Below, piece after piece: positions 37,458 through 47,848 of a DNA stretch of 64,000 bases. Every line of letters starts with the position of its first letter. Positions within the stretch are counted from its first letter, which is position 1. The stretch is from positions 15,996-79,995 of IMG/VR virus record IMGVR_UViG_3300037041_001083. The stretch is one strand, 5' to 3'. The translations under genes were made by a program, and so were the position numbers. The notes below the pieces were generated by a model. The model was given only the letters and a program-made list of their open reading frames with translations. It made no database searches and had not been told where the DNA came from. Origin of the DNA: a virus.

Positions 37458-40444
37458 TATACACCTGCGCCATTCGATAATAATGTTGTAACATCAGTGA
37501 TAATTATTGCACGTTCAGCCTTCGCTACATCGTTAATATGGCGTAAATCATCTACTTCTGGAACAAATCCGCTACCTTTTATATCGTTAATAGCGTTCAT
37601 AATAGTGATTGTATCCACTTCAACAGGAATGGCGTTCTTGATCTGCTCCAAGCTATCAGTGTTGGTATCAAATCCAGTACCAGCCATTGATTGCACAAAT
37701 GCTGCTGTTGCTCTGCTGGAAATTGTAGCATCAAGGTTATCAAGCCTTGGATCGCTATTTGATACTGTGTCCATTGGTATTGATAACACAGCACTTGCAA
37801 CACCATTTACGCTTGTTTGAGTTGCCCTCGTGTTCACCAGAGCAAGTATTGCGTCCTGCTTTGTTTGAGTTGCATCACCAAAATCAAGTGCATCCACGCT
37901 CTCCTGAATTTGAGTCAACTGAACTGGGGTTGATGCAAAATCAGCCGTTGAAAGCCTTGAACCCACAGCCACATCAAGCCTGTCAATTCGAGAGTCATTC
38001 GTAAGCAATGGATTGGTTGGTATCAATGCGAGGTCAACAGCGATTGCGTCCACGCTGCTCTGTGATGCTTTGCTTGCTGCTTCGGCCTGTGCGGATGCTG
38101 CATTGGCTGCTGCATTGTCTGCTGACAACTTAGCATCGGTTGCCTTGCTGGTTATTTGAACCAAGCTATGCTGTGCCGAGTTAAATCCTGCGCCCTTCAC
38201 TTGCAACAAATCTGCCAGAATCGGTGCAGTATCCAATCCTACCGCTACCGCATCACTGATTTTTTCCAAGGTATCTGTGGTTGGATTAAAGCCAGCTCCC
38301 TTGATGCTATTCACATTGCTTTCGGTTGCCCTTGTGCTAATTGCTGCGTCAAGGTTTGCTAGTCTCAAATCGGTAGTTAGTGCTGGATTAGTTGGAATAA
38401 GCCCGACTGCGCTCTGTACTGCGTTGACGCTACCTTGCGATGCTTTACCTGCTAAGGATGCCAAAATAGCAACCTGATTGCTTGCACTTGCATCACCTGC
38501 GAAGGCTGGCAATGAATCTACTTTGGTTCTGACTGCTTTGAGGGAGTCAGTTGCCGTATTAAATCCTGCACCTTTTGTTTCGTCCAGTGACGCTTGGGAG
38601 GCTCTACTACTAACAGCCGCATCAAGTCGTACTCCATACGTTCCTGCACCGACATGTCCTGCGGAGCTTTCATCCCATACTCCACTCGCAATAGCGGATA
38701 CAGACGGGGCATTGATAAGGTCGTTGAGTTTTCTTCCGGTTGTTCCTGCGATTCCATGAGCTGCTATCCCTTCATCCCAAACAGCGTCAGCAATATCAGC
38801 CGCCGTTGGTGCAGTAATAGGTGTTGCCCTCGAAGAAACCGATGCGTCGAGGTTATCAAGGTTTGCTGCCCTTGGTGCCGTAATTCTAAGTTCAAGAGCA
38901 TTGGAGTCAGCAAGGATATCGTCAGCCGTGGTTTGTTGCGCTCTTGTTGAAACAACAACATCCAATCGTGCAAGGTTATCAAGCAATGCTGCTCGTCCTG
39001 CGGTAACAGCTCCTTGGTTCGCACTACCGAAAGAACCACCTGCAACGTGCGATGCTCGTGCAGCATCCCAAACTGAATTTTCAATGGCTGGTGCATTAGT
39101 CTGGTTGATTACTTGATCGACTTTAAGCTCAATATTGCCAAGGTCGATAACAATCCCAGCAAGGTCAGCCTGTGTTGCTCTCGAAGTAATTTTGTCGTCC
39201 AGTACCTCACCAAAGGAGCCAACTGCAACGTGGCTTAAACGGGTTTCATCCCATACCGCAGCAGCTACCACCGCTGGGCTTGCACCAGCAGCAGAATCAC
39301 TTAAACTTTTACCTACGCTACCAACAGCAACGTGGTCGATTTGTGCTTCATCCCAAACCTTATTTACAATAGAGTCCTCGGATGCAGTTGAAACCCCAAA
39401 CCCCGTTTTGTCTGAAACCACTTGCGAGTTGGCATTTACATTTCCTGCCGTAAAACTCAACAAATCGGTTTGTGCTTTTACTGCATTAACTTTTGTTTCA
39501 ATAGTGTCAGTCTTAGCTTTTACCTCAGCTATATCCAACACTACGGATGCCGTAAATGGCACTCCAAGTTTGGTGTTTACATTACTGATGGCTGAAAGTG
39601 CAGAATTGGATCGAGCATTGGCATTTGCCTCGGTTTCTACTGCCGATACCTTCCCGTCCAAATACTCGCCAAATGTTCCTGCCGATGTGTGCATCGACTT
39701 CGCCTCATCCCAGACTGCCGCTGCATTTTGAGTTGCTGAAGGTACTGAGCTGAGTTGTGCTGCACTTGCTCTTGTCGAGATTGGAACGTCAACACGTTGC
39801 CCAAATGAACCGCTCGCACTATGGCCAAGCACAGGCGCATCCCAAACAGCCGAAGCAATATCCACAGTAACAGCACGACTAGAGATTGGAGCATCAAGGT
39901 AATCCAATTTTGCTGCTCGTGCTGGTGTAAGTCGGGCGTTAAGTGCCTGTGTATCATTGCTGATTGCAGGTAAGAGGTTTGTGTCGCCAGCGATGTGCAA
40001 AATAGCATTACCGAGGGCAGCATTTCGATTTCCTGCTGCGACATCTGATTCCCTTGAACTGATTGCTGCATCGAAGAACTCCCCAAAACTTCCTACTGGT
40101 TGATTGCCAGCTCTTGCCAGCTTCCATACCGCTGTAGCGATTGCGGCTACATCAACAATATCATTAACGTCAAACGTATCACTTGAACGGCCATATCTTG
40201 ATGGAATTGTGTGTGCAGGATCATCATAAACAACCATCACTACAACATATCGACCATCAGGAACATTGACACCTAAATTGGAATAAAGACCTTGCCCAAC
40301 ATAGGTAAGTTGTGCAGGACTACCAACTATTTCAGTCATAAAGCTATTATAAATGTATGCCAATGGATATTTGCTCGCATTACCATCGGTAAGTAATACA
40401 TTTAAGACTAAGTTTGAACCGCTAGGAATACGGAAATAGGACAT
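37457..40444 (-). CDS. Repeat-rich virion protein (AVWD-H-GxFG / LDxxISSRA repeats)
   Basis: 995 aa with many degenerate repeats. Confidence 0.6.
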   Translation of the reverse strand: MSYFRIPSGSNLVLNVLLTDGNASKYPLAYIYNSFMTEIVGSPAQLTYVGQGLYSNLGVNVPDGRYVVVMVVYDDPAHTIPSRYGRSSDTFDVNDIVDVAAIATAVWKLARAGNQPVGSFGEFFDAAISSRESDVAAGNRNAALGNAILHIAGDTNLLPAISNDTQALNARLTPARAAKLDYLDAPISSRAVTVDIASAVWDAPVLGHSASGSFGQRVDVPISTRASAAQLSSVPSATQNAAAVWDEAKSMHTSAGTFGEYLDGKVSAVETEANANARSNSALSAISNVNTKLGVPFTASVVLDIAEVKAKTDTIETKVNAVKAQTDLLSFTAGNVNANSQVVSDKTGFGVSTASEDSIVNKVWDEAQIDHVAVGSVGKSLSDSAAGASPAVVAAAVWDETRLSHVAVGSFGEVLDDKITSRATQADLAGIVIDLGNIELKVDQVINQTNAPAIENSVWDAARASHVAGGSFGSANQGAVTAGRAALLDNLARLDVVVSTRAQQTTADDILADSNALELRITAPRAANLDNLDASVSSRATPITAPTAADIADAVWDEGIAAHGIAGTTGRKLNDLINAPSVSAIASGVWDESSAGHVGAGTYGVRLDAAVSSRASQASLDETKGAGFNTATDSLKAVRTKVDSLPAFAGDASASNQVAILASLAGKASQGSVNAVQSAVGLIPTNPALTTDLRLANLDAAISTRATESNVNSIKGAGFNPTTDTLEKISDAVAVGLDTAPILADLLQVKGAGFNSAQHSLVQITSKATDAKLSADNAAANAASAQAEAASKASQSSVDAIAVDLALIPTNPLLTNDSRIDRLDVAVGSRLSTADFASTPVQLTQIQESVDALDFGDATQTKQDAILALVNTRATQTSVNGVASAVLSIPMDTVSNSDPRLDNLDATISSRATAAFVQSMAGTGFDTNTDSLEQIKNAIPVEVDTITIMNAINDIKGSGFVPEVDDLRHINDVAKAERAIIITDVTTLLSNGAGV

Positions 40445-40453
40445 ACATTCACC

Positions 40454-41044
40454 TCATTTGGCATTTGTGCTTAGATAGACAACCTTGAATCTTTTACAGT
40501 ATCGCCCATCATCAGGAAACATTGTATCGACTCCCCAGACTTTCCTACAAGGTATTGGATTGAAACCAAATGCCTTTTTGTAAGCCAATCCCAAAAGCTC
40601 TATGCAGTAAACTTTTTTATTCGTAAGCCATAGCTGGTAGTCATAACCCCAATGCAAAAATTTTGATGCTGCTGTAGTTAGTCGCCATGTTTCCTCTGGC
40701 ATCAAATTTTCATCACGCATAAGCGCAACGTAACAGTGATGTTCCAAAAACGTCCTCAATGGGGTTTCTGTGCATACCGGATCAACAGCTTCATACACAC
40801 CTCCACATGAACTAATCATTGCAGCATGTTTGTACCAGCCGGGAATAAATAAGTTTGTGAGAGTCAAATGATTGCGACTATAAATCGTGTCACCGGGTTT
40901 TACTAACCGAATAATGTTTTCAATATCTTCTTTTGTTATTTCGTGTTTTTCACACTTAATATGCACTTTGCCGATTACACGAGTTAAAGGTTCAAATGCA
41001 AACAATAAGTGATAACGAAAAGATGCTAAGAAATTCATAACCAC
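40454..41044 (-). CDS. Permuted papain-like NlpC/P60 (YiiX/YaeF, C92) enzyme
   Basis: KPGD...PGWYKHAAM (His precedes Cys)...YEAV...GYDY...VYCIEL. Confidence 0.8.
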   Translation of the reverse strand: MVMNFLASFRYHLLFAFEPLTRVIGKVHIKCEKHEITKEDIENIIRLVKPGDTIYSRNHLTLTNLFIPGWYKHAAMISSCGGVYEAVDPVCTETPLRTFLEHHCYVALMRDENLMPEETWRLTTAASKFLHWGYDYQLWLTNKKVYCIELLGLAYKKAFGFNPIPCRKVWGVDTMFPDDGRYCKRFKVVYLSTNAK

Positions 41045-41045
41045 C

Positions 41046-41555
41046 TCATAATGTTTCAGATAAAGGCCGTCCTAAATACAACTCTATCTTATTAACTATG
41101 TACAAAAGTCTTGCATCAGTTATGTAAACTCCATCTTTATTTTCTTCTGGTGTTGCTTTTAATACCGTAATAGCATCGTATAGGGAGCCTGTGAATAAAC
41201 ACTCCGTTGCATCCCTAAGTACATTTCTTACAAACGTAGTCATGCCAGCTTGAGTAATTCCTAGTGTGATATTTTCAGTAATAACTTGATTGATTATATC
41301 TTGTCCAAAATTCCTAGCTGGTATTAGGACGTGTTGTAAAATATATTCTTCTTGCGATGGAGCTGCTGAATGGTTTGTCACTATATTAGTAAGTATTGTT
41401 ATTTCGTTCTCGGATAATTCCTCTGTGAAATAGATTTTCAACTCACTCCCATAAACACTTGTTCGGTCAAATTTAATACCTATTGAATTATTTTTTATTT
41501 CTGAATCAAACTTATCTACATTTATTGCTGCTTTTGTATAAGGATAAAAAATCAT
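41046..41555 (-). CDS. Hypothetical virion-associated protein
   Basis: 169-aa ORF, ATGA coupled. Confidence 0.55.
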   Translation of the reverse strand: MIFYPYTKAAINVDKFDSEIKNNSIGIKFDRTSVYGSELKIYFTEELSENEITILTNIVTNHSAAPSQEEYILQHVLIPARNFGQDIINQVITENITLGITQAGMTTFVRNVLRDATECLFTGSLYDAITVLKATPEENKDGVYITDARLLYIVNKIELYLGRPLSETL

Positions 41556-42340
41556 ACTGGTGCTCCTAGTCGTATCATAATTAATGTTCTCGAATTTACA
41601 GTTAGCGACCCAGTATTAGCACAAGAAACCCTTATGTCAAGCGTATCCGTGCCGTTAAACGACAAAATATCCATCATCGAATCTATCATTGTTTGATTTG
41701 AATGTGCCGTGTCTTGGAAACGCTCAGAGCCAGATTCTATGACTGCATTTTTAAAAAACGCCCACCAATGTGATTTTGGTGTAGTTGTATAGTATACAGA
41801 TGCGTTATACCACAGTGCATATTGACCTGCCTGTGGGGTTACGGTAAACCCTGTAATCAGTTCGTAGGTTGGATATCTTGCACTAGAAACAAACGGAGTT
41901 GCTGAATCTATGTTGTAATTGATAACTCCTGATGCTATTGACGATAATAATATTTGCCAATACGTCCATGTTCCAGCGGCATTGGGATTTAATCGCAGAG
42001 TTGTTTGTGCATTTGATAGTCTATCCAAAATAAATAACAAATTACCAGCGCCATCTTTAACGGACACTGTTTGGTTTGTTGTATTTATTATTTCGTGTTT
42101 CCAGGTCAGTTGTACTTCATTAGCAGGTTGAAGCTGGATAGAAAACCCCGTTGCCGTTCCTGTTAAGAACTGAACTCTAGGAGAGGTTGCAGTTAATACC
42201 TTGGTTCCATTTAAAGTTGTCGCTGTGGTTTCACTTAGATTGCGATGTGACAGTTCCTCAAATGCAGACTGAGCATCCTTAGCAATAAATCCATTTGCGG
42301 CATTATCAAACTCTATTCGTAATGCGTCTTCTGCACTCAT
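41552..42340 (-). CDS. Fibre-like virion protein
   Basis: Likely start MSAEDA after GAGG; A..I.FDN..NGF.A...Q.A.EE fibre motif; beta-sandwich C-terminus. Confidence 0.55.
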   Translation of the reverse strand: MSAEDALRIEFDNAANGFIAKDAQSAFEELSHRNLSETTATTLNGTKVLTATSPRVQFLTGTATGFSIQLQPANEVQLTWKHEIINTTNQTVSVKDGAGNLLFILDRLSNAQTTLRLNPNAAGTWTYWQILLSSIASGVINYNIDSATPFVSSARYPTYELITGFTVTPQAGQYALWYNASVYYTTTPKSHWWAFFKNAVIESGSERFQDTAHSNQTMIDSMMDILSFNGTDTLDIRVSCANTGSLTVNSRTLIMIRLGAPV

Positions 42341-42351
42341 GGGAACCTCAT

Positions 42352-42393
42352 AAAAAAAACCCCACAAGAGGCAATTAAGCTGGTCTGTGGGGT
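42352..42393 (-). terminator. Intrinsic terminator
   Basis: ACCCCACAGA...TCTTGTGGGGT stem followed by a T run. Confidence 0.7.
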
Positions 42394-42413
42394 AACTATC
42401 AGCCAGTCAAATG

Positions 42414-43691
42414 TTACTTGTTAAACTGTAACATTCTGTAGTCTACAAACATAGACTCGGAGCTGCGAGGAGGAGTGTTCAAGCGGTTGCTGTCGCCCGG
42501 TATGATTCGAAGCGCAATGAACTTGAATCCGGTTGCAGAAAATGCATTCTCAAACACTTGCTCGATTTCTGCATAGTCATAAGTTCCATTATCCAAACCA
42601 CCAGCCATTGCGGTTGCAGATAGAGCCGCAGGAAAGCCAGTTCCGTCGTCACCCCAGATTGCCTGCATTACGAATTTTGCAGTCGCACTAGCATTGATAG
42701 CCTCTGCGATTAATTGTGCGCTAGAAGCTCCACCATCGTTATTTACCGTGACAGTAAATCCAGAGGCGTAGTTTCCGGTTACAACAGGAACAGGAGCACC
42801 GGCAGCAGTTGTGATTGCCAACTTGCAGGCATTGCCTTTAAGTCCGAGAACCATACTGTGTACGGTTATTGCAGCATCGGTTGCACCGTGAGTATAGGAT
42901 GCCCTCGTTCCGGCAGTACCAAGTGCCTTCCTATTTCCGTCCATATAAAACTTGGAAGAGCCTTGTTTGAACAGATTTGCAAACATAAATACAGTTTGTT
43001 TTCCATCGCCTAATCCAAGTCCTTCGTTCTCGATTGGTTTGTCAATATTATCGACATAACCCATGACTCGCATAGCTGCTTCGTTGACAGATACACCAGT
43101 CAACACAACTGTTGGATTGGTAATGCCGGCAATCGAAGGATTGGTTGTCAGCATTATGTATGCTTTATTGGCGGTATCATCGGCCTGTGTAGAAACAGAA
43201 TCAATGGTTACTCCGATAACAGGCACGCCAACAGTACCAACAACATCAACAGTATCTCCAGCTTTGTAGTAGGAAATATCGGCAACAAACATTTTAAGTT
43301 TTGTTCCACCAACAACTACGCTGCTTAAAACTGGTTCTATTCTCTCAAAATTCATTGCACTAGCGGTAGTGGCACGATGATAAAGTCTGTCGATTGCTTC
43401 TTGTCCGTCATCTATTGGAACGCACACAACTTTTTGTGCAACTCCAACACCGCCTGTGGTGTCTATTGCTGCTGTAAATACAAGTGACACGTTAGCAACA
43501 ATAGCTGCAATCGTTGCGCCAGTTACCAATGTCGATAAAATGTTATCTTCTGCATCTACGTCAACAACATTGACGACATCGCCAGCCTTGTAGTATCCGG
43601 TAAATGCCATTGGCTGTACTGCACTATTTACAGGTACAGTAATCGTTTCCCATGCCTTAAACTCTGTCCTGACTAAATCTAGTTGTCCCAT
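42414..43691 (-). CDS. Virion structural protein
   Basis: 425 aa; GDGKQTVF and a sheath-like segment (A..IA.AINA...MAGGLD). Confidence 0.55.
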   Translation of the reverse strand: MGQLDLVRTEFKAWETITVPVNSAVQPMAFTGYYKAGDVVNVVDVDAEDNILSTLVTGATIAAIVANVSLVFTAAIDTTGGVGVAQKVVCVPIDDGQEAIDRLYHRATTASAMNFERIEPVLSSVVVGGTKLKMFVADISYYKAGDTVDVVGTVGVPVIGVTIDSVSTQADDTANKAYIMLTTNPSIAGITNPTVVLTGVSVNEAAMRVMGYVDNIDKPIENEGLGLGDGKQTVFMFANLFKQGSSKFYMDGNRKALGTAGTRASYTHGATDAAITVHSMVLGLKGNACKLAITTAAGAPVPVVTGNYASGFTVTVNNDGGASSAQLIAEAINASATAKFVMQAIWGDDGTGFPAALSATAMAGGLDNGTYDYAEIEQVFENAFSATGFKFIALRIIPGDSNRLNTPPRSSESMFVDYRMLQFNK

Positions 43692-43693
43692 AA

Positions 43694-44161
43694 TTAGTTA
43701 CCCCCTTTGGTATTGAACGTAATCCGTTTCCTATAGTTCACTGTAAGAGATTCCCGTTGCTTAGGAGGTTTATTCAACCTATGCGATAGCATCGGCTCTA
43801 CCCTTATTGTAAACCCTTTGTTATCCAAATGAACATCAAAATCACGATTTGGGTCAGTTGGCTTACCTATCAATGACATACCTGACAGGAAAACTTCGAG
43901 AGTTCCTGCCACAAATTCAAATTCAGTTGCGAATGTCAAATTTATGCTATTTTTAAGCCCTATGGGATACTCTCTGATTACAGGTATCCCATGTATCGAA
44001 AAATACTCTTCGAGCACCTGCTGAACGTTTCTCTTGTCAATATCAGTGATTGTAGCTGGGATGGTTCCATTCAAATACGCCAAGGCAAATTGGATTTCTG
44101 CCGCTGAATGAATCAGTGCTGCGTGGCAACTAAAAATTTCCTCATCGCAACATCCACTCAT
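43694..44161 (-). CDS. Virion structural protein
   Basis: E.P.G..N..N.TF...GTLEVFLSG; its C-terminus RLNKPP..ESL.V.YR resembles the C-terminus of 42414..43691. Confidence 0.55.
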   Translation of the reverse strand: MSGCCDEEIFSCHAALIHSAAEIQFALAYLNGTIPATITDIDKRNVQQVLEEYFSIHGIPVIREYPIGLKNSINLTFATEFEFVAGTLEVFLSGMSLIGKPTDPNRDFDVHLDNKGFTIRVEPMLSHRLNKPPKQRESLTVNYRKRITFNTKGGN

Positions 44162-44448
44162 TATGCCACCTGCAAGGAATCGTTAATTTCGACTAAATCA
44201 AAAGGATCAACTGTCTGATACACAAAATCTCTCACTACTTTTACATCGACTGGCAATGTAGCTGAAGTTTGAACTGAGTGCCATTCCTCTTTGACAATTC
44301 GCCTTACGCCGTTAATTTCATCCCAAGTCAAATCTCTTTTTACGTCCTCCGCTGACATTATTTTGCATTTAGTACCTTCCACCGTAACAACAGATGTTGC
44401 TTCTGTTTCATTACTAATTGTTGAACCGAACATCCTGCCGCCACTCAT
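44161..44448 (-). CDS. Hypothetical protein
   Basis: 95 aa, SD GAGG. Confidence 0.55.
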   Translation of the reverse strand: MSGGRMFGSTISNETEATSVVTVEGTKCKIMSAEDVKRDLTWDEINGVRRIVKEEWHSVQTSATLPVDVKVVRDFVYQTVDPFDLVEINDSLQVA

Positions 44449-44456
44449 GGTTTACC

Positions 44457-44936
44457 TCATGCAAGTTGTTGGCCTATAGTAACAAGATACTTGGCTGGTG
44501 ACTGTTTTACACAGTGAAAATAAATATAATTCACTGTAGTTGTTTTGTACTTTCCTGAAATAACAATACATTCTGCTGGAAGGTTAAGCACAAATCCAGC
44601 AGGTGTTAATTCCAACACGACGACTTTACCTTGCACTGGATTAGTAATCACCAATGTTTTATTACTAATCAATGTTTTAGTAAGTAATTCAGATTCAGAA
44701 TAGTCAAGCGTATCGCCAATTAGTACAGCACTATCCGATTCAACTGTTTCAAATGTTCCAGTTCTGTTAGGCAATTTTAAGGATATATCATCAGTATGTT
44801 GTGATGTTATCGTTACCTTTTTACCTGCTGTCGCACCAGTCAAATCAAATTTTAATTCTGTCGTTTCATCAGTGCCGTGGAACACCGAAAAAGTGTTATC
44901 CGGTACTTTAATTAAAATTAATTCTGCCTCACTCAT
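44457..44936 (-). CDS. Hypothetical virion protein
   Basis: D.T...KFDL...T......LP...GT fibre-type motif. Confidence 0.5.
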   Translation of the reverse strand: MSEAELILIKVPDNTFSVFHGTDETTELKFDLTGATAGKKVTITSQHTDDISLKLPNRTGTFETVESDSAVLIGDTLDYSESELLTKTLISNKTLVITNPVQGKVVVLELTPAGFVLNLPAECIVISGKYKTTTVNYIYFHCVKQSPAKYLVTIGQQLA

Positions 44937-44952
44937 AACTGCTCCCTACTAC

Positions 44953-44980
44953 AAAAAAAGCCTCACACTTGGCGAGGCTT
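44953..44980 (-). terminator. Intrinsic terminator
   Basis: AGCCTCGC-CAA-GTGTGAGGCT stem followed by a T run. Confidence 0.7.
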
Positions 44981-45004
44981 CATTTGCTCTTGCTTGAAAG
45001 CTAA

Positions 45005-45367
45005 TCAACCCTGCTTTTGTAGGATAGCCTTAATCAGCTCATCTTTCGAGCTGCGTGATAGCTTCGATATGCCAAGTTGGGCTGCAACAGCTTTGACCTG
45101 CTCTATACCCATTGAGTTAAGCACCCCTGCGCTCATTGCTGGTGTACTAAATTCAACTCGGTCATCAACATTTTTTTCCTCTGCCCTTAAAAATTCCTGT
45201 TGTGGCTTATGCACAGGAGGAACAAATTCTTCTTCCTGTTGTTGATTTGCAAAACGCCATTTTGAACTCATTCCAAATCCAGCATCGGATAAATCCTTGC
45301 CAAAGTTATCAGAAGAAAGACCTAATTCTTTTACGTTCCATTTACCCACGTCAGTTCTCCTTATCAT
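45005..45367 (-). CDS. Rho-N/HeH-domain protein
   Basis: C-terminal LNSMGIEQVKAVAAQLGI...S.SSKDELIKAIL. Confidence 0.7.
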   Translation of the reverse strand: MIRRTDVGKWNVKELGLSSDNFGKDLSDAGFGMSSKWRFANQQQEEEFVPPVHKPQQEFLRAEEKNVDDRVEFSTPAMSAGVLNSMGIEQVKAVAAQLGISKLSRSSKDELIKAILQKQG

Positions 45368-45373
45368 TTAAAC

Positions 45374-45410
45374 AAAAAAAAGGAAGGCTTGCGTTTCGCC
45401 CTCCTTTTTT
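45374..45410 (-). terminator. Intrinsic (potentially bidirectional) terminator after the major capsid gene
   Basis: A6-GGAGGGC...GCCTTCC-T8. Confidence 0.75.
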
Positions 45411-45424
45411 ACAGCATTTAATGC

Positions 45425-46996
45425 TTAGTATACTCGGTCAATAAGGGATTTTTTCTGCTCGTTCCCTCCAACGTTTATCCACACGACGTTTGCGAATGGT
45501 TTTGGTACTTGCGGCGCAAGCACATTTGCAAACAATTTATTGGAGAACAGCCAGCCAAGTTTAGCAAGGTCAAACTCGAATAGGCCAGTCAACTGAGCAA
45601 TAGCAGCAGCAGATCGTCCTTCCTCATATTCATTGCGTGAGTCAGCAGGAGGTTGGCCAAGGTCAAGAGCTTCAGCATTAGGCGACCATACATCACCGCC
45701 CCAGCACCAAGTAGTTCCGGGAATCATTTGGTCGTCATCAACGAAGGTGATTGGAGTTGTATTACCTAGAGAAGCACCGTTTGGAATTTCAAATATGAAC
45801 ATTGGCTCTCTACTTTTTGGTTCCATAAACGAACCAACTTGGCCGAGGTCAAGGTTATATCCACGATAAACTCTGAATGAGGTTTCATCACCACGAGGAG
45901 TGATAGTCAACTCAATAGTTTTACCAACAGTTGCATTTACTGGAGCCGAAGTGTTGGAGTATAGAGACTCACCAACATCATTTACTGCTGTGACAATGTA
46001 TGTCATGCCAGTAAGACGTTCGCCAGTTGTAGCAAATTTTCCTACGCCAGCGATATTGACTGCTGGTTGGGTAATGGAGCCTGCGCCCATGCCGCCAAAC
46101 ACAAGAGCCATTGGTGCGCCTTCGATCAATGCGCCGTTTGCAGTACCAGTTTTAACCAACGTAGAAAGAGCATTTTCACGGCGGAAATACACGATTTCGC
46201 CCTGTACTCTCATTCCGTCAATACTGTTACCAACAATCATTCCTTGAGTCGAAGCTTGAGGAGCGATCATAAAGCGAGCGGCTGGATCGAGGTTGTTCTC
46301 GATAGTTTCCAATACTTCAGGAGCCATATAAATACGGCGAAGTATGGAGTTGCGCTTGCTTAGGCCAACTGCCTGAGAACGAATTTGCTGTGGCAACAAT
46401 GGCTGTCCACGCATATCAATAAAGATGTCGCTGTTGCTGAAAAACGTGGTTGCAGAAGGAGATTTTGTCAACTCGTCGATGAGTTGGAAAAACCCTTTAA
46501 ATTGGTTGTTGTCAAGCGTACAGCGAGTATCACTTGCGTACATATCGGTATTGAGCATGTACATTAACAAGCGACGAACAGCCATATCGTTTGCAGAAGC
46601 AATGGTTGGTTGCCCCATAGCACGAATGGTATTCTGGAGTACAGTTAAGCCCTGTACGGATGAAGTTTTACCATAAAGCTTCAGATTTACTACTTTCTTA
46701 GTACCGCCAATGTTTGCACTGGTAGGTAAACTGTTAGCAGCAAATGATGCCTTAGCCTTGTGGTTTCCGTAGGTGTCTACGATGGTAAATTCATGTGCAA
46801 CCTGTCCAGCTTGAACACGAGGCAAATCCTTTAACAACGACATCTGCGCTTTATCACGTTCGGAATACAGTTGAACGTAGGCTTCGTCTTCCAACGATTC
46901 CTTCATAAATGGAGCGATGGATGCTCCAGTAGCACTGTCAACGGACAGGGCTTTTCTAACCAAGTCCATTATTTGGGACTCTGAAAAATTGCTCAT
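45425..46996 (-). CDS. Major capsid protein (SPO1/Herelleviridae-like)
   Basis: N-terminal VRKA|L...ESLE, FKG...LI, IDMRGQPL and an inserted FN3-like TYIVTAVNDVGES domain; follows protease and scaffold. Confidence 0.85.
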   Translation of the reverse strand: MSNFSESQIMDLVRKALSVDSATGASIAPFMKESLEDEAYVQLYSERDKAQMSLLKDLPRVQAGQVAHEFTIVDTYGNHKAKASFAANSLPTSANIGGTKKVVNLKLYGKTSSVQGLTVLQNTIRAMGQPTIASANDMAVRRLLMYMLNTDMYASDTRCTLDNNQFKGFFQLIDELTKSPSATTFFSNSDIFIDMRGQPLLPQQIRSQAVGLSKRNSILRRIYMAPEVLETIENNLDPAARFMIAPQASTQGMIVGNSIDGMRVQGEIVYFRRENALSTLVKTGTANGALIEGAPMALVFGGMGAGSITQPAVNIAGVGKFATTGERLTGMTYIVTAVNDVGESLYSNTSAPVNATVGKTIELTITPRGDETSFRVYRGYNLDLGQVGSFMEPKSREPMFIFEIPNGASLGNTTPITFVDDDQMIPGTTWCWGGDVWSPNAEALDLGQPPADSRNEYEEGRSAAAIAQLTGLFEFDLAKLGWLFSNKLFANVLAPQVPKPFANVVWINVGGNEQKKSLIDRVY

Positions 46997-47039
46997 GTGT
47001 GACTCCTTATTAAGTCCTAAGTAATTACTTCCCTGTCAA

Positions 47040-47840
47040 TTATTTCTTAACGCCAGTTACACAGCTTAGGTCGCCAGTATGACGAGCTTGCAGCCATTGC
47101 GCCTTAGTAATTTCACCCTTTAGTACAGCTTTTTGCAATAGGTCAGCATCAGCCTTGGTCAGAGTAGATTCACTTTTAGCAACAGTGTCACCGCTGTTTG
47201 GATTAATCATGCCAGCCATGAATGGAACTCCGGGCATTTTTTGCACAGACTTCATCAAGTCGCAGCTAACTACCATTGATTTTTTTATTTCCTTGTTTTC
47301 GTTCACGAGGAACATCAAGGCTTTTGCCATAGTCTCTTGAAGCTTATCCTTGCGAGGATCAGCTAGGTCAGCAACAATGTTTCCAAATATTGCTTGGCCT
47401 TTCATAAGCATATTCATGGATTTTGCGATTCTCTCCATGCGTCCACCGAGGAAATCAACAGCTTCGCCGAGGTTTTTCATAAACTCAGTTGCGTCAACTT
47501 CTTCGTCAACCAACATAGCCTTTTTAACATTTTTTTTGCCGAAAAATGCTGGCTTGTCATCTTCGTCTTCGTCATCATCGGAATCATTGTCATCATCACA
47601 ATTCGATGCTTTTTTGACGTATTTCTTGGTGTCAGGATAGTTGCCGCCTGACTTAACAGGATTTTCAGCAGGATCGTCCTCTTCATCCAATAAATCCTCG
47701 TCACCCTTCACTTGGTCAGCAGTCAAATCGGACTGATTACGTCCTTTTTTCTTGCCACCCTTTGCTACGCTGTCGGAACCTTCCGACACTGGAGCAATGG
47801 AATTTTCCAATTCCTGTGATAACTCTTCAAATATATCCAT
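47040..47840 (-). CDS. Scaffold/assembly protein
   Basis: Acidic N-half with about a dozen [VILM]xK[SA/G] motifs; between protease and capsid. Confidence 0.7.
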   Translation of the reverse strand: MDIFEELSQELENSIAPVSEGSDSVAKGGKKKGRNQSDLTADQVKGDEDLLDEEDDPAENPVKSGGNYPDTKKYVKKASNCDDDNDSDDDEDEDDKPAFFGKKNVKKAMLVDEEVDATEFMKNLGEAVDFLGGRMERIAKSMNMLMKGQAIFGNIVADLADPRKDKLQETMAKALMFLVNENKEIKKSMVVSCDLMKSVQKMPGVPFMAGMINPNSGDTVAKSESTLTKADADLLQKAVLKGEITKAQWLQARHTGDLSCVTGVKK

Positions 47841-47848
47841 AATTCCTC

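Noticed and set aside
37457-40444. Repeats as a possible DGR template/variable region
   Set aside because: The repeats are degenerate at protein level, not adenine-specific, and there is no reverse transcriptase in the window.
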